Shown: positions 39,647 to 51,133, counted from the first letter of the stretch. The stretch: 64,000 nt of DNA from Patescibacteria group bacterium (GCA_041665545.1 JBAYIQ010000002.1:66369-130368); one strand, 5' to 3'. The notes: generated from the letters alone by a model not told the origin. Made by a program: numbers and translations.

Positions 39647-40075
39647 TTATTTCAAATCTCCAATATAAAATTCAGGCAACTTCTCTTTGGACTGCTTCAA
39701 ATGTATAGTATTGAAAAACTCGGTCATATCCTTACCGCAACCCTGCAAAATCTTCTCGCCACCGGGATGCTGTGGGATAAAAGTGGTCACATTGTAGACC
39801 TTGGTGTTAGCTACTAGCCAGCAATCACTGGCTTGGTTGTGCGTTGCCACATCGGCCAAGGAATAAACTGCCGCTGTTGGTAATTCTGGCTGTGGTTCTG
39901 TGCCAGGAACTTGTATATTGCCACTCTGTCCGTTCGCAGAATCATTCTGATTGTTGGTGTTCATATTTATATTATTTTGATTAGTGTTTTGTGGTATGGA
40001 TATTTGTTTATTACTGGCAGTGGTGCAACCACTAAGAACAAAAACCATAGCCATAAAAAATATATATTTGCGCAT
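39647..40075 (-). CDS. Lipoprotein with cytochrome b5-like heme-binding domain
   Basis: LSGC lipobox; VATHN..DCW..VYNVT.F..HPGG..CGKD. Confidence 0.9.
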   Translation of the reverse strand: MRKYIFFMAMVFVLSGCTTASNKQISIPQNTNQNNINMNTNNQNDSANGQSGNIQVPGTEPQPELPTAAVYSLADVATHNQASDCWLVANTKVYNVTTFIPQHPGGEKILQGCGKDMTEFFNTIHLKQSKEKLPEFYIGDLK

Positions 40076-40165
40076 ATTATTTATATTAATTATTAATAAT
40101 TTTTATTATAACACAATGCTTTTTATAACCAAAATCCACCCCTCACGGGGCGGATTTATATTTGG

Positions 40166-42991
40166 TTATTTCCTAATCTTTATTCCTTTGACATCCTTGA
40201 TCAGTCCCAAAGTATTAAGCTGTTCAATGGACACATTCTTTAATAGTTCTAGCTTATAAGTAGTTGGATTGACATAAAATAATGCACCACTTGGCACCAC
40301 GATCAGGATGCGACCTGATAAGCGTTTGGCTAAATTCTTGTCCAGCTTGGCTTTGGGGGTGTTCTTGGTGGGGCTATAAAAATTTTCTATTTCTAATCCA
40401 TCGGCATAACCATCGCCATCACTATCTTTATTGTTGGGGTCAGTACCAATCAATTTTTCAAGCTCATCTGGCACCTGATCGCCATCACTATCTGAACCAT
40501 TATAATTTAATGACACTTGCAATTTCGCCAAGGTGGCCACAGAAATACCCAAGGCCTGCTTAGCCAAGACCTGAACCATATTGTTATTATCAATGGCTAT
40601 TGCCTTGCCATTATAAGTGACGTAAGCGCTAGTGCCATCACTAAGTTGGGCAAAACGACCAGTTAGCAACTTTAATTTAGCTGCTTCCGTCTTGGTGTTG
40701 TTTATTTTTGTAATCAAGCTACTATTAGTTGGGAGTACGCTAGTAGTTGGCAGTTGAGTAATTTTTTGTATGGCTGTAGCGTCGTTCGGTAAGGGCAATG
40801 AATACTCGGCAAAACAAGCTGCCTGATCATTATTTATGCTTAGTCTGGAAATTGTGACCGTATCAGTCAAATTGATTGCACCGTCATTATTTATATCAAA
40901 AATATTGGAATAATGAGCTGCGCCAGTAGTTGAATTAAGGCCTTCTTGCAAACCATGCATCAGGCCATTACACCAATCAATATTTAAATAATTAGTGTTA
41001 TTATAAGTATTGATAAACCTAGCTTGGCAGGCACTATCATTATTTGCCCCATAATACCTGGTGGCCAAAACTATATCGGAATTATTAATTGCTCCATCAT
41101 TATTTATATCAGCCACACGATTGTAGGTCTGCGAATTCACAGCGGCCGTGACAATACCCAATAAAGAACTGCACCAAGGTGAAAAATTATCATCTTGATT
41201 TGTATTATTGGCTATAGTCGCCTGTGCCTGATTAGAATAACCAGACATATTGCTGGCAGCATCAATAGCCCTAACTACATAGTAATAAGTGGTTCCTGGG
41301 ATCAGACCAGTATTTATATATGAATTGGTGTTTGTACTGGCAATCTGGGTGTAGCTACTACCACTAATAGTTGATCTAAAAACATTGTAGGTAGTCACTT
41401 CAATATTGCCGCTGCCGGCCGAAGCTGTCCAAGCTAGGGCAATCTGGGTGCCTGAAGTTGTGGCAGTAAGATTGGTAGGCGCTGATGGGCCCTGGGTGTT
41501 TATTGGAGGGACGTTGACCGGCACAGTAGCCTGCGCTTGATTAGAGTTGGCTGACATATTGCTGGCAGCATCAATGGCCCTGACTCTATAATAATAAGTA
41601 GTGCCTGGAGTCAGGCCAGTATTTATATATGAATTGGTATTGGTGCTGGCGATCTGGATATAGCCACTACCGCTAGTAGTTGACCTAAAAACATTGTAGG
41701 TAGTCACCGCGACATTGTCAGTTGAAGCTGACCAGCTAAGAGATATTTGCGTACTAGTGGCCGTAGCATTTAGATTGGTCGGCGCGCTAGGGGCTTGCGT
41801 ATCGTTGGCCGGTGGAGTAACCGGAGGAATAGTGGTGCCAGCAATGGTGATTGCATAAGGCTGGCTGGCCACATTATTAGCATCCACCAAATAAACATAG
41901 GCGCTTTGCCCATTATTTAAGGCACCTTGGTTCACCCTGACTGTCACTTGACTATTTGACCAGGTAGAAGCAACCTGTACTTCACACTTGCCTTTGTTTG
42001 CCCAAGTAGCATTGGGGCAGATTTCCACTCTGGCTGGAGTAGTGTCGACATACAACTCGTCCCACCAAGTCTCCATCTGTGGTTGCGGAGTTCCTGTGTC
42101 AGTGGCAAAATAAAAACCTAGCCACATATTATGAAAACGACAACCGGATGGATCAAACACACCATTCATATTCATCCAAGGCTGGCCATCCAACCAGATG
42201 CGGGCATGCCCGTTATTCTGACCAAGTGTCCCTTGTGTCAACCAAATTTCATAACGATGCCAACCACCCGTCTTAAGGTCGCCATTCATACCATAATACA
42301 TATTACAATTAGCGGAGGTGTATCCGGGCATCCCAACTTCATCATCACAAAGCGAACAGGGAACTCCATTTGGACAGCTATTAGCTACATACATGTGCCC
42401 TGAATTTGTACTTGGGTAGGCATCTTGACGAAACTCCCAACTAGCCTCATCAAGATCACCCTGACGAAATTGTATCCATTTAAAATTACGACTAGGAGCT
42501 CCAGAAGAAGTTCGGTAAAACCACCCCGATAAATAAACATTGCCATCAAATAATCCCTGTAAACTAATTTCACTATTATAATTACCGCCAGTAAAATTTT
42601 GATAAGCGGATAATGTACCCGGCAGACGAACATGTGTATTGCTATAGCGCGGCTCTTTGCCAGCTTGGTTTGCCCCGGTAGTCCAACCACCGTTTGCCTG
42701 ACTAGGTAAACGCGCACCAAGTGTACCACTATCAAAATCATCCCACCTTAATGGCGCTGCCTGCGACTTAGCGCCAAAACCACTACCAGTTATAGTAATA
42801 GCTGAACCATCGCTAATGGTGCCCGATACCGAGCTGATAGCTGGTCCTACTTGTTGGGCCATAGAAATGGGTGTGGATACCTTGGCCACAGCTATTGTGA
42901 ACAAAGAAACCAAACTAATAAAAAGCGCCAAAATCGCTTTTTCGCCTAAATTTTTAGCAAAATACGGATGAATACTTTGAGAGAGATGCAT
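40166..42991 (-). CDS. Large secreted modular protein: beta-rich N-domain, 2 FN3, 2 dockerin/EF-hand-like, DxDGDG repeats
   Basis: APTNL..LSW..Y.V.R..GLTPGTTYYY; DINNDGAIN twice; DSDGDG. Confidence 0.85.
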   Translation of the reverse strand: MHLSQSIHPYFAKNLGEKAILALFISLVSLFTIAVAKVSTPISMAQQVGPAISSVSGTISDGSAITITGSGFGAKSQAAPLRWDDFDSGTLGARLPSQANGGWTTGANQAGKEPRYSNTHVRLPGTLSAYQNFTGGNYNSEISLQGLFDGNVYLSGWFYRTSSGAPSRNFKWIQFRQGDLDEASWEFRQDAYPSTNSGHMYVANSCPNGVPCSLCDDEVGMPGYTSANCNMYYGMNGDLKTGGWHRYEIWLTQGTLGQNNGHARIWLDGQPWMNMNGVFDPSGCRFHNMWLGFYFATDTGTPQPQMETWWDELYVDTTPARVEICPNATWANKGKCEVQVASTWSNSQVTVRVNQGALNNGQSAYVYLVDANNVASQPYAITIAGTTIPPVTPPANDTQAPSAPTNLNATATSTQISLSWSASTDNVAVTTYNVFRSTTSGSGYIQIASTNTNSYINTGLTPGTTYYYRVRAIDAASNMSANSNQAQATVPVNVPPINTQGPSAPTNLTATTSGTQIALAWTASAGSGNIEVTTYNVFRSTISGSSYTQIASTNTNSYINTGLIPGTTYYYVVRAIDAASNMSGYSNQAQATIANNTNQDDNFSPWCSSLLGIVTAAVNSQTYNRVADINNDGAINNSDIVLATRYYGANNDSACQARFINTYNNTNYLNIDWCNGLMHGLQEGLNSTTGAAHYSNIFDINNDGAINLTDTVTISRLSINNDQAACFAEYSLPLPNDATAIQKITQLPTTSVLPTNSSLITKINNTKTEAAKLKLLTGRFAQLSDGTSAYVTYNGKAIAIDNNNMVQVLAKQALGISVATLAKLQVSLNYNGSDSDGDQVPDELEKLIGTDPNNKDSDGDGYADGLEIENFYSPTKNTPKAKLDKNLAKRLSGRILIVVPSGALFYVNPTTYKLELLKNVSIEQLNTLGLIKDVKGIKIRK

Positions 42992-43138
42992 ATTTTTATT
43001 TTTAATATTTATTATATTTTTTAGTTAGCTTATATTAAACAAAAAATTGACCAAAACAACATTTGCTTTTATGGCCAATTTTTAAACTTACAATATAATT
43101 GTAGCACAAAAATTACAAAAAGTCAATCGCAATTTCGT

Positions 43139-44428
43139 TTAACTATCTCTCAAATAACCCCAAGTATTGAGCTTGTCACTATCTTCATACCAGCGATCGC
43201 CGATGTCGGTACGATAATACATATTGGGGATCATCAAATTACTGACCCTATTGTAGACATGTTTCTGGGCTTGCTTCATGGTCAGACCACTACCGGTGAT
43301 AGTAAGCACTACACCAGCTTCGCCAGCTACTAGCCACTCGCCCTTTTCCATTTTGGCATCCTCAAAATGCACTCCATCATAGTTTGGCTTATGAAAAAGA
43401 ATAACCGCGTTTTTGGAAAACGATTCAAAGGTCTCTGGGTCATCAAAAGGATAGGGCGGCACTATGATACGCACACCGATTTGAAAACCTTTCTTGGTTT
43501 TGATCACAAAGTTTTCTCCGGCAGCCATTTTGTAAAAAAATTCACCCATGGGCATAGCCATACCTTCCTGCTGAATAAAAATAGTTGGGTAACCAAAACG
43601 AGAGGTGAACTCCAAGGGGTAGATACCATTACCATTGACTATACAGTTGATGTCAATGTAGCCAGCAAAATGCTCTTCGGCCAGTTTGGCTTCCAATTTT
43701 TTCAAAGTAGCATTAAAAATCTTGTTGGGCTGGCTCCAAAACATACTGGTACCCATTTCACCGGTTGAAGGGCCAATATTACCGGGAAATAATTTTTTAT
43801 GCTCAAAATTAACATTGATAGGATTCAAAAATTCATGGCCATTGAAAAAACCACCAATGGCTACCTCTACGCCCACCACTCTTTTTTGCAACTGAATTTC
43901 TGCAACTTTATCAGAAAAAACTTTTTTATAGGCCTCTAGGATATGCAAAACATCCTGTCCATCGTCTTCTTCACCGATAAATAAAAAAGCTTTAGACACA
44001 TGTGATTCACCGCTAGATTTTATCACATAGCGTCCAGGATTTTTCTTCACAAAATCAATGGCCTGGTCAAAAGAAGTAAAAATTTGGTAAGGAATGATGG
44101 AAATACCATGACTCTTCATCTCCTCCTGACCAAAACTACGATCATCTTCCAAGCGATCAGTGTATCTAGTACCACCGATGACTAGCTTACCTTTTTTCCT
44201 CAAATCCTCAGCCATAGCTCCGTGCCCCAAGGTATCGTCAAAAACAATGACATCAGCCCAATCGACCCAATCCTCCCAAGCATCCACGCGCTCTACAAAA
44301 CCTATACCAATATCGTCAGCACTTTTGTCGCTAATGTAAACTTTTACTTGATTACCCTCGCGGCTTATAACCCAAGCAATGTCAGACAACAAGCCCTCGA
44401 TACTGATAAACAAAAATTTCTTTTCCAT
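43139..44428 (-). CDS. Phosphoribosylamine-glycine ligase-like ATP-grasp protein
   Basis: LEDDRSFG, YVIK, EHKKLF.G.IG..TGEMG, LEFTSRFGYP, YYRTDIG. Confidence 0.85.
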   Translation of the reverse strand: MEKKFLFISIEGLLSDIAWVISREGNQVKVYISDKSADDIGIGFVERVDAWEDWVDWADVIVFDDTLGHGAMAEDLRKKGKLVIGGTRYTDRLEDDRSFGQEEMKSHGISIIPYQIFTSFDQAIDFVKKNPGRYVIKSSGESHVSKAFLFIGEEDDGQDVLHILEAYKKVFSDKVAEIQLQKRVVGVEVAIGGFFNGHEFLNPINVNFEHKKLFPGNIGPSTGEMGTSMFWSQPNKIFNATLKKLEAKLAEEHFAGYIDINCIVNGNGIYPLEFTSRFGYPTIFIQQEGMAMPMGEFFYKMAAGENFVIKTKKGFQIGVRIIVPPYPFDDPETFESFSKNAVILFHKPNYDGVHFEDAKMEKGEWLVAGEAGVVLTITGSGLTMKQAQKHVYNRVSNLMIPNMYYRTDIGDRWYEDSDKLNTWGYLRDS

Positions 44429-44537
44429 AAATTATCCTAATAATCAGATAGGTAAATTATAACACTTTTTTTAAAAAAAAGAATAGTTTTAACAAAAAAA
44501 CACCCCATTTTTGGATAGGGTGTCTTTTGGGAAAATT

Positions 44538-45047
44538 TTAACCGCAAAAATTAGTTATCATATTGCTGGGAAAACCCATTTTTTCCAATGCTGGACAATC
44601 AGCCGCGCCATTGCCGTCATATACTAGTCCCCAAACACCATCCTGCTTGATGGCTATAAACATTCCGCCCTCAATCTGATCTCCGGTGCCGATACCGACG
44701 GCTCCCACAGCGTGAGTATCGTCGCTTTGGGAAACCGCTACCACTACTTCACTCGGATCTTTCTTGTACTTATCGACCAACAAACCCTTAATTGTCTCTT
44801 CAATACTCAGCTCGCATTTTTCTTCGCCGGCTTTGATGCATTTTTCACTCAAATCACACCAAGTATAACCCTTGTTTATAATGCAACCATGCGCATCAAT
44901 TTCATCTTTTTGCGCTTCTTGCATTTTTTGTTTTAAACTGGCTAGCTCTCCCTTGACGCTTCTCAAATCGCGATCAAGGTAAAGAAATAAACCACCTAAG
45001 ACAAAAAATACTAGCAAAAAAATAATAATTGTTTTCAAACTTTTCAT
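44538..45047 (-). CDS. Membrane-anchored hypothetical protein with HGC..GY.WC..KC motif
   Basis: ORF translation. Confidence 0.75.
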   Translation of the reverse strand: MKSLKTIIIFLLVFFVLGGLFLYLDRDLRSVKGELASLKQKMQEAQKDEIDAHGCIINKGYTWCDLSEKCIKAGEEKCELSIEETIKGLLVDKYKKDPSEVVVAVSQSDDTHAVGAVGIGTGDQIEGGMFIAIKQDGVWGLVYDGNGAADCPALEKMGFPSNMITNFCG

Positions 45048-45142
45048 ATTATTTATATTATTTTTATTTTTTTCTCTGACAAATTAATTTGTTTCTTTAT
45101 TATAGCAAAAAATCGCCTATCTGGCGATCTTTTGCTTCTAAT

Positions 45143-46912
45143 TTATGAAATAAAGCCACCAACCTGCTTGGACCACAATCTTTGATAAAAACCATTTTGT
45201 TTTTTCAAAAGCTCAGCATGACTGCCCTGCTCCACTATTTGACCCTGATCCACAACCACTATTCTATCCATCTTCATGATAGTAGACAAACGATGAGCAA
45301 TGACAATCACTGTTTTATTCTTCATCAGATTGGCCAGAGCTTTTTGGATCAACTCCTCAGACTCCGAGTCCAAGCTACTAGTTGCTTCATCTAAGACCAG
45401 AATCGGCGCGTTTTTTATAATAGCTCTAGCCATAGCCACGCGCTGACGCTCGCCACCGGACAAGCGCATCCCCCGCTCGCCCACAAAGGTATCATACCCT
45501 TCGGTAAAGCCCTTGATAAACTCGTGACAGTGAGCCATCTTGGCGGCTTTGACTACTTGTTCTTGACTTGAGCCCCATAGGCCATAAGAAATATTTTCGC
45601 TCAAGGAGCGATGAAACAAAATTGGATCTTGATTGACCAAACCAATATTGGACCACAGACTTTCTTGACTGACCTGACTGATATTTTGGCCGTCAATAAT
45701 TATCTTTCCATCAGTCAAGTCATGCTGACGCAGTAAAATACTAGCAATGGTTGATTTACCACCACCCGAGGGACCGACTATGGCTACTTTTTCTTTGGGC
45801 TGAATAACTAAGTTCAATTTCTTAATAATCTGCCTAGTTTGATTGTAGCTAAAATCAACGTTAATAAACTCTATTTTACCTTCACTCACTTTCAGCTGTT
45901 TAGCTTTTGGTATGTCAACAATTTCATGGGGCTTTTCCAAGATTTCGGTCATTTCTTGAGCATCGGCCATGGCCTCATAATAATATCTGATGATGCGACC
46001 AAAATCCCACAAGCGATCAAACATATTTATCAGATAGGTCTGGATCAAGACAAAATCGCCAATGGTGACCAAACCCTCTCGCCACAAATGCAGGGCATAA
46101 AACATCAGCCCGATTTCCAACCCAACCATCATTAGTGTCTGGACAGCGTCAAAATAATTGGTCAAGTTCCAAGTAAAATTGCGCATGGCTTGCAGTTGCC
46201 CAGTAATTTTCCGAAAAGCATTATTTTCCCGGCTGTAACCGTTAAACAATTTTATATTCAGCTGATTAGTAATAGTGTCAGCCAAAGCGCCACTGACCTT
46301 GGAATCAAGGGCGCTACGCTTAACATCATATTTTAATTTGTAGCGACTGAAAACAAAATTAATGGTGCAAAATAATATCACCCAGACCAAAACAGCCATG
46401 CCCACCCAAATATTGCGTCGTGACAAAACATAAACAATCAGAGCAACATTGACGAGACTGGGTATTAAGCTCCAGACAAAAACATCCATGATCGAGGCAA
46501 AGGAATAGACAAAGCGATTTACTTTTTTGACTAGCGAACCAGTAAAATTATTATTAAAAAAAGAAACCGAATGCTTGTGCAAGTAAGCAAAGCTAGAATT
46601 GAATAAATCCGACATGACATGAGTCTGGAAATGACTAGCCGTAAAGCTTAAAATCCGCCAACACACCCAAGCAAACAAATCAATGGCCAAAATTGTTAAC
46701 AATATTTTGGAAAACTGAGACATGGCGGCCATCTCGCCGGTCTTGGTCAACAAATCAAAAAATTTCTTGTAATAAACCGGCATCAACACTCGCGCCCCCG
46801 AAGCCAAAACAATAAAAATCAAAATAACAAAAAAAGACACGCGGTATTTCAAAACGTGTTTAAAATAATAAGCAAATGTTTGCTTGGTAAGATTATTATT
46901 TGATTCTATCAT
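45143..46912 (-). CDS. ABC exporter, fused permease/ATPase
   Basis: GPSGGGKS, LSGGERQR, LDEATS, IAHRLST. Confidence 0.95.
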   Translation of the reverse strand: MIESNNNLTKQTFAYYFKHVLKYRVSFFVILIFIVLASGARVLMPVYYKKFFDLLTKTGEMAAMSQFSKILLTILAIDLFAWVCWRILSFTASHFQTHVMSDLFNSSFAYLHKHSVSFFNNNFTGSLVKKVNRFVYSFASIMDVFVWSLIPSLVNVALIVYVLSRRNIWVGMAVLVWVILFCTINFVFSRYKLKYDVKRSALDSKVSGALADTITNQLNIKLFNGYSRENNAFRKITGQLQAMRNFTWNLTNYFDAVQTLMMVGLEIGLMFYALHLWREGLVTIGDFVLIQTYLINMFDRLWDFGRIIRYYYEAMADAQEMTEILEKPHEIVDIPKAKQLKVSEGKIEFINVDFSYNQTRQIIKKLNLVIQPKEKVAIVGPSGGGKSTIASILLRQHDLTDGKIIIDGQNISQVSQESLWSNIGLVNQDPILFHRSLSENISYGLWGSSQEQVVKAAKMAHCHEFIKGFTEGYDTFVGERGMRLSGGERQRVAMARAIIKNAPILVLDEATSSLDSESEELIQKALANLMKNKTVIVIAHRLSTIMKMDRIVVVDQGQIVEQGSHAELLKKQNGFYQRLWSKQVGGFIS

Positions 46913-47005
46913 ACCTATATAGACGAAAAACCGGCTCTTTTATTACAGTTTGCCTATTATTTGCCCAATATTAAACAAAGATTAACTAGAATATTTTTAT
47001 AATTA

Positions 47006-47632
47006 TTATTTAATAATATTTACACTAGTTGGTAGTTTTTCCTGGATAATACCCAAGTCTAGTTCGGAATAATTGTTGCCCGAAATATTCAAGGTTTTAA
47101 GATTTTTCAAATTGCCCATTTCATAAGGCAGGCCAGTTAGCTTATTGTTAGATAAATTTAATGTTTGTAAATTTTGTAATTGGCCCACTTCGGCTGGCAC
47201 ACCAGTCATGATGTTATTATGAGCATCTAATATTTTTAGCTTGCTCATCTTACGAATTTCTCCTGGCAAAGAGCCCCCTAATTGATTGTTATCCAAATAC
47301 AACTCCTCCAGATTAGTTAGCTGACCAATTTCTGACGGCAAGTTTTTTAAATTGTTATTAGATAATATAAGTCTGTGAGTATTGGTTTTTGATAAAATGT
47401 CTTTGGGAAAAGTGTCCAGGCCCTTATTGCTAAGATCAATGGTATTTGAATTATTTGTATTCAAATCTATTGTGTTGGAATTATTCGTATTAGAGTCGTT
47501 TTGCCCATTGGCATTGTTTGAATTGGTAATGGGTCTATTAGTTGTATTATTGGTAAAATCAAGACTGCAACCGCCGATTACAAACATACTTATAGTTAAA
47601 AACGAAATAATGCTATATTTTTTTATATTCAT
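47006..47632 (-). CDS. Leucine-rich repeat lipoprotein
   Basis: IGGC lipobox; LxxLxLxNNxLxxLPxEIG repeats. Confidence 0.9.
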   Translation of the reverse strand: MNIKKYSIISFLTISMFVIGGCSLDFTNNTTNRPITNSNNANGQNDSNTNNSNTIDLNTNNSNTIDLSNKGLDTFPKDILSKTNTHRLILSNNNLKNLPSEIGQLTNLEELYLDNNQLGGSLPGEIRKMSKLKILDAHNNIMTGVPAEVGQLQNLQTLNLSNNKLTGLPYEMGNLKNLKTLNISGNNYSELDLGIIQEKLPTSVNIIK

Positions 47633-47694
47633 AAAATTGTCTTAATGATTATATATTCAATATAGCACGAGCTAGAAAATATTAGTAGCTTCGA

Positions 47695-48345
47695 TTATTT
47701 TACAAAAAGTTTTGCAACATCCATCCAAGCACTTAGCTCAGATTGCTTTTGCACATAGCCCAATAAGGCCACTTGCTCGCCATAGTGAATGCCCAAATGT
47801 AAATGTTTTCTCTCGCCGTCTGTCTCAGTGCTGTACTCTTTACCCAAAATACCAAGCTGATCACCAGCTTTTAATTCTTGATTTACTTTGGCACTGATAC
47901 TAGCTAGTTGCAGATGACCATAAATTACTGTCACGGTTTTTTTGTTTATCTCACAAGACTGGACTGCTACCCCACCATAGCCGGTGGCGTATTTTTTAAG
48001 CACCAGCGGACCGGAACAAATAGCATAAATCGGCACATCAATATTTTGTTCTGCTTCCGTGGTCTCAAAATCCACGCCTGTATGGTAACCACTAAAACGC
48101 TCTGGTTGTACTGGCGAATCTTTTATAGAAATTTTTATGCCAAATGGCTTTTTAGTGACCCTAGAAAGAGCTTGAGCAATTGGTTCGACAGTTTCATTTA
48201 TTTTAATTGGCGTGGAGGTGACTATTTGATTATTGTTTGTTTGCCCAGAAGGCAGGGTCGGGGCAATAGCTTTTTTATGAAATAATAAATACAAAACTGA
48301 ACTGAGTAGTAAGACTAAAACAATAACAAAAAATATTTTACGCAT
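47695..48345 (-). CDS. M23 family metallopeptidase
   Basis: HTGVD, YGHL, HLHLGI. Confidence 0.9.
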   Translation of the reverse strand: MRKIFFVIVLVLLLSSVLYLLFHKKAIAPTLPSGQTNNNQIVTSTPIKINETVEPIAQALSRVTKKPFGIKISIKDSPVQPERFSGYHTGVDFETTEAEQNIDVPIYAICSGPLVLKKYATGYGGVAVQSCEINKKTVTVIYGHLQLASISAKVNQELKAGDQLGILGKEYSTETDGERKHLHLGIHYGEQVALLGYVQKQSELSAWMDVAKLFVK

Positions 48346-48348
48346 AAA

Positions 48349-48663
48349 TTATTTACTGAACGCTAAACCGACCAAGGCCAAAAGGATAAATAAAAACAAA
48401 TAAGCTAATTTGTAAAATAAAAGTTTCACGGCTTCTTTTTTTTGTCCATCCAAATACCAAACGATTGTCCGTCCAAAAATAGTCAGACCCATAAAAGCTG
48501 CCGAAAATACCAGTAATAACAAAAAGGTCACGGGGCTAAACATGTTGTCCTCTGATCCAAATAGTTTTTCGGCATTTCTAAGAAATAAACCAATCAAAAA
48601 TACATACAAAACTGCTACTAAGACCTCGGCCAAAGCGTAACGCAAAATACTTTTTTTACTCAT
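48349..48663 (-). CDS. Hypothetical 3-TM membrane protein
   Basis: Hydrophobic ORF. Confidence 0.75.
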   Translation of the reverse strand: MSKKSILRYALAEVLVAVLYVFLIGLFLRNAEKLFGSEDNMFSPVTFLLLLVFSAAFMGLTIFGRTIVWYLDGQKKEAVKLLFYKLAYLFLFILLALVGLAFSK

Positions 48664-48749
48664 ATTTTTATGGTTAATAATATTGAATCTATATATTAAT
48701 AATAACAAAAAATCGCCCCGAGCGTAAGTCGAGGGACGATTTTTCTAAA

Positions 48750-49175
48750 TTACTGTTTTGGTACTTCTGGGTTATTGGGTAAAGCCGGACTGAGCTGGAT
48801 GCTCTTGGCACTCAGACTACCATCCGAGTTACTGGTGCCAGTTACCATGACATTACTGCCACTACTCAAATCTTCCAGTGAACCCGCAGTCATTTTACTA
48901 ACTGTAGTAGAGGCCGAAAGTAAAACTATTTTAGAGCCACCATCGCGTAACTTGATGGTGATACTCTGATCATCTTTACTAAGAATCTCGCCATTGGTAA
49001 AGCCACTATCAACCTGCCGATTGCCCATATTTTGCCCACTAAAATTTGCTCGATCAAAATTTCCCGGACCACGTAAATTGCTGTTTTTACTAACACCATA
49101 GGTCATACCTCCATAAAACGCTAAACCAGCTACAAAAATTACAAGCGCAAAGGTAATTAACAAATTTTTTTTCAT
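48750..49175 (-). CDS. DUF5666-like beta-barrel membrane-anchored protein
   Basis: GEILSKDDQSITIK..DL..G..V.V.G..DG.L.A..I. Confidence 0.75.
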   Translation of the reverse strand: MKKNLLITFALVIFVAGLAFYGGMTYGVSKNSNLRGPGNFDRANFSGQNMGNRQVDSGFTNGEILSKDDQSITIKLRDGGSKIVLLSASTTVSKMTAGSLEDLSSGSNVMVTGTSNSDGSLSAKSIQLSPALPNNPEVPKQ

Positions 49176-49202
49176 ATTATTTATTAAATTAATTTTTAAA
49201 TA

Positions 49203-50426
49203 TTATTCAAAACGCAAAGCATCAATAGGATTAAAGCCGGCGGCTCGCTTGGCTGGATAATAACCAAAGGCAATGCCAATAAAAGCTGAGACTCCAAAAG
49301 CCAGCAGAATAGATAGGCCTGATATTTTGGTAGCCAAACCGCCCAGTTGGGAAGCCAGCAATGCCGCCAGCCAACCAAGTAGCACACCCAAAATGCCACC
49401 GATAAAAGTCAGGGTAATAGCTTCTACTAAAAATTGTCGGCTAATATCCTTGCGCTTAGCACCTATGGCTTTGCGTAAACCAATCTCTCTGGTTCTTTCT
49501 GTCACATTAGTCAGCATCATATTCATGATACCAATACCACCGACCAACAAAGATATAGCCGCCACTGAGCCGAGTAAAATAGTAAAAGTATTGGCTACCG
49601 AAGAAGCAGTCTCAACAATATCAGCTTGATTCAAAGTACTAAAATCAGCAGACGCGCTATCAGCGATGTTGTGTCTTTCTAGCAATAGGGTAGTAATCTG
49701 TTCTTGCAGTGGCTCCATAGATTTTTGATCTTGCGCTTGGACGCTGATGGTGCTAACTTTGTCGCTACCTGATAAAAATTGCTGGGCTGTAGAAATAGGC
49801 ACGAAAATCATATCGTCTTGATTACTAAAGCCAGTACCACCCTTGGCCTTGGTCACCCCAATGACTTTAAATTCTATTTGTTTGATTCTGATAGTCTGAC
49901 CGACGGGATTGACGCCTTCACCAAAAATATCGTCCCGAACAGTGGGCCCTAAGACCACTACTTTTGATTTATTTTTTACATGTTGCTCCGTAACAAAAGA
50001 TCCCGAATCAACCTCGACATTTCTGATGCCGGTATAATTGGAATTTGTGCCCATCACCGAAGTATTAGTGTTGGTCCCCTTGGCTGTCACTTGATAACGA
50101 CCGGATAGCTCTGGAGCCACAGCCGCAGCCAAGCTAATTTCTTCAGCAATAGCATCAGCATCACCTTGCGTCAAAGTCTGAGCCGAACCTCTGCCCTGAC
50201 TCACCTGCGTGCCAGCTCCTCTCTGAGTACCGGGCATGACCAAAACTAAATTGGAACCCAAAGACTGAATGCTGGACTGAATATTATTTTGCGATCCCTG
50301 CCCAATGGCAATCATAGCAATCACTGAAGCAATACCGATAACTATGCCCAAAATAGTTAAGCTTGATCTAGCTTTGTTGGCTAATAGAGCTAAATATGTT
50401 TCTTCAAATAAATCGTGAGCTGTCAT
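49203..50426 (-). CDS. MacB-like ABC permease
   Basis: RSSLTILGIVIGI; GGIGIMNMML.V.ERTREIG. Confidence 0.95.
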   Translation of the reverse strand: MTAHDLFEETYLALLANKARSSLTILGIVIGIASVIAMIAIGQGSQNNIQSSIQSLGSNLVLVMPGTQRGAGTQVSQGRGSAQTLTQGDADAIAEEISLAAAVAPELSGRYQVTAKGTNTNTSVMGTNSNYTGIRNVEVDSGSFVTEQHVKNKSKVVVLGPTVRDDIFGEGVNPVGQTIRIKQIEFKVIGVTKAKGGTGFSNQDDMIFVPISTAQQFLSGSDKVSTISVQAQDQKSMEPLQEQITTLLLERHNIADSASADFSTLNQADIVETASSVANTFTILLGSVAAISLLVGGIGIMNMMLTNVTERTREIGLRKAIGAKRKDISRQFLVEAITLTFIGGILGVLLGWLAALLASQLGGLATKISGLSILLAFGVSAFIGIAFGYYPAKRAAGFNPIDALRFE

Positions 50427-50429
50427 AAA

Positions 50430-51128
50430 TTAAAATTTACGAGGATTTAAATTTTTTTTGTCCTCCACTATCAAGCCATCGCGAATATGAATAATGCGAT
50501 CAGCGCAATCAGCCACATCATGCTCATGAGTAATCAAAATAATTGTCCGCTTTTGTATTTTGTTTAAAGACTGGAAGGTGCCCAAAACTATTTCGCCAGT
50601 CTTGGTGTCCAAATTTCCCGTCGGCTCATCAGCCAAAATCAAACTAGGGTTATTAACCAAGGCCCGAGCTATGGCTACGCGTTGCATCTGTCCACCAGAT
50701 AACTGATTTGAACGATGATAAAAATGCGACTCATCTAGGCCAGCATTTTTTAAAGCTTCCTTGGCTTGATCTACTCTTTTTTCTCTAGGCACACCAGCAT
50801 AAACCAAGGGTAACATGACATTACGCAAAACTGTCGCGCGAGGCAAAAGATTAAAACTTTGAAAAACAAAACCAATTTTATGTTTACGAATATCAGCTAG
50901 TTCATCCTCTGATAATTCTGAAACTTTTTGACCAGCCAAAAAATAATCACCAGAACTGGCTGTATCCAATGCTCCTAAAATATGCATCAAGGTAGATTTT
51001 CCTGAGCCAGAGGGGCCAATAATAGCTACAAACTCGCCATCGGCAATATTAAAAGTTACTCCTTTCAAAACCGTAGTTTCATCATGAGCGCTCTGATAAA
51101 TTTTAGTAATATTTTTACACTCTATCAT
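50430..51128 (-). CDS. ABC ATP-binding protein (LolD/MacB type)
   Basis: [26 protein letters not shown]. Confidence 0.95.
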   Translation of the reverse strand: MIECKNITKIYQSAHDETTVLKGVTFNIADGEFVAIIGPSGSGKSTLMHILGALDTASSGDYFLAGQKVSELSEDELADIRKHKIGFVFQSFNLLPRATVLRNVMLPLVYAGVPREKRVDQAKEALKNAGLDESHFYHRSNQLSGGQMQRVAIARALVNNPSLILADEPTGNLDTKTGEIVLGTFQSLNKIQKRTIILITHEHDVADCADRIIHIRDGLIVEDKKNLNPRKF

Positions 51129-51133
51129 AAATA

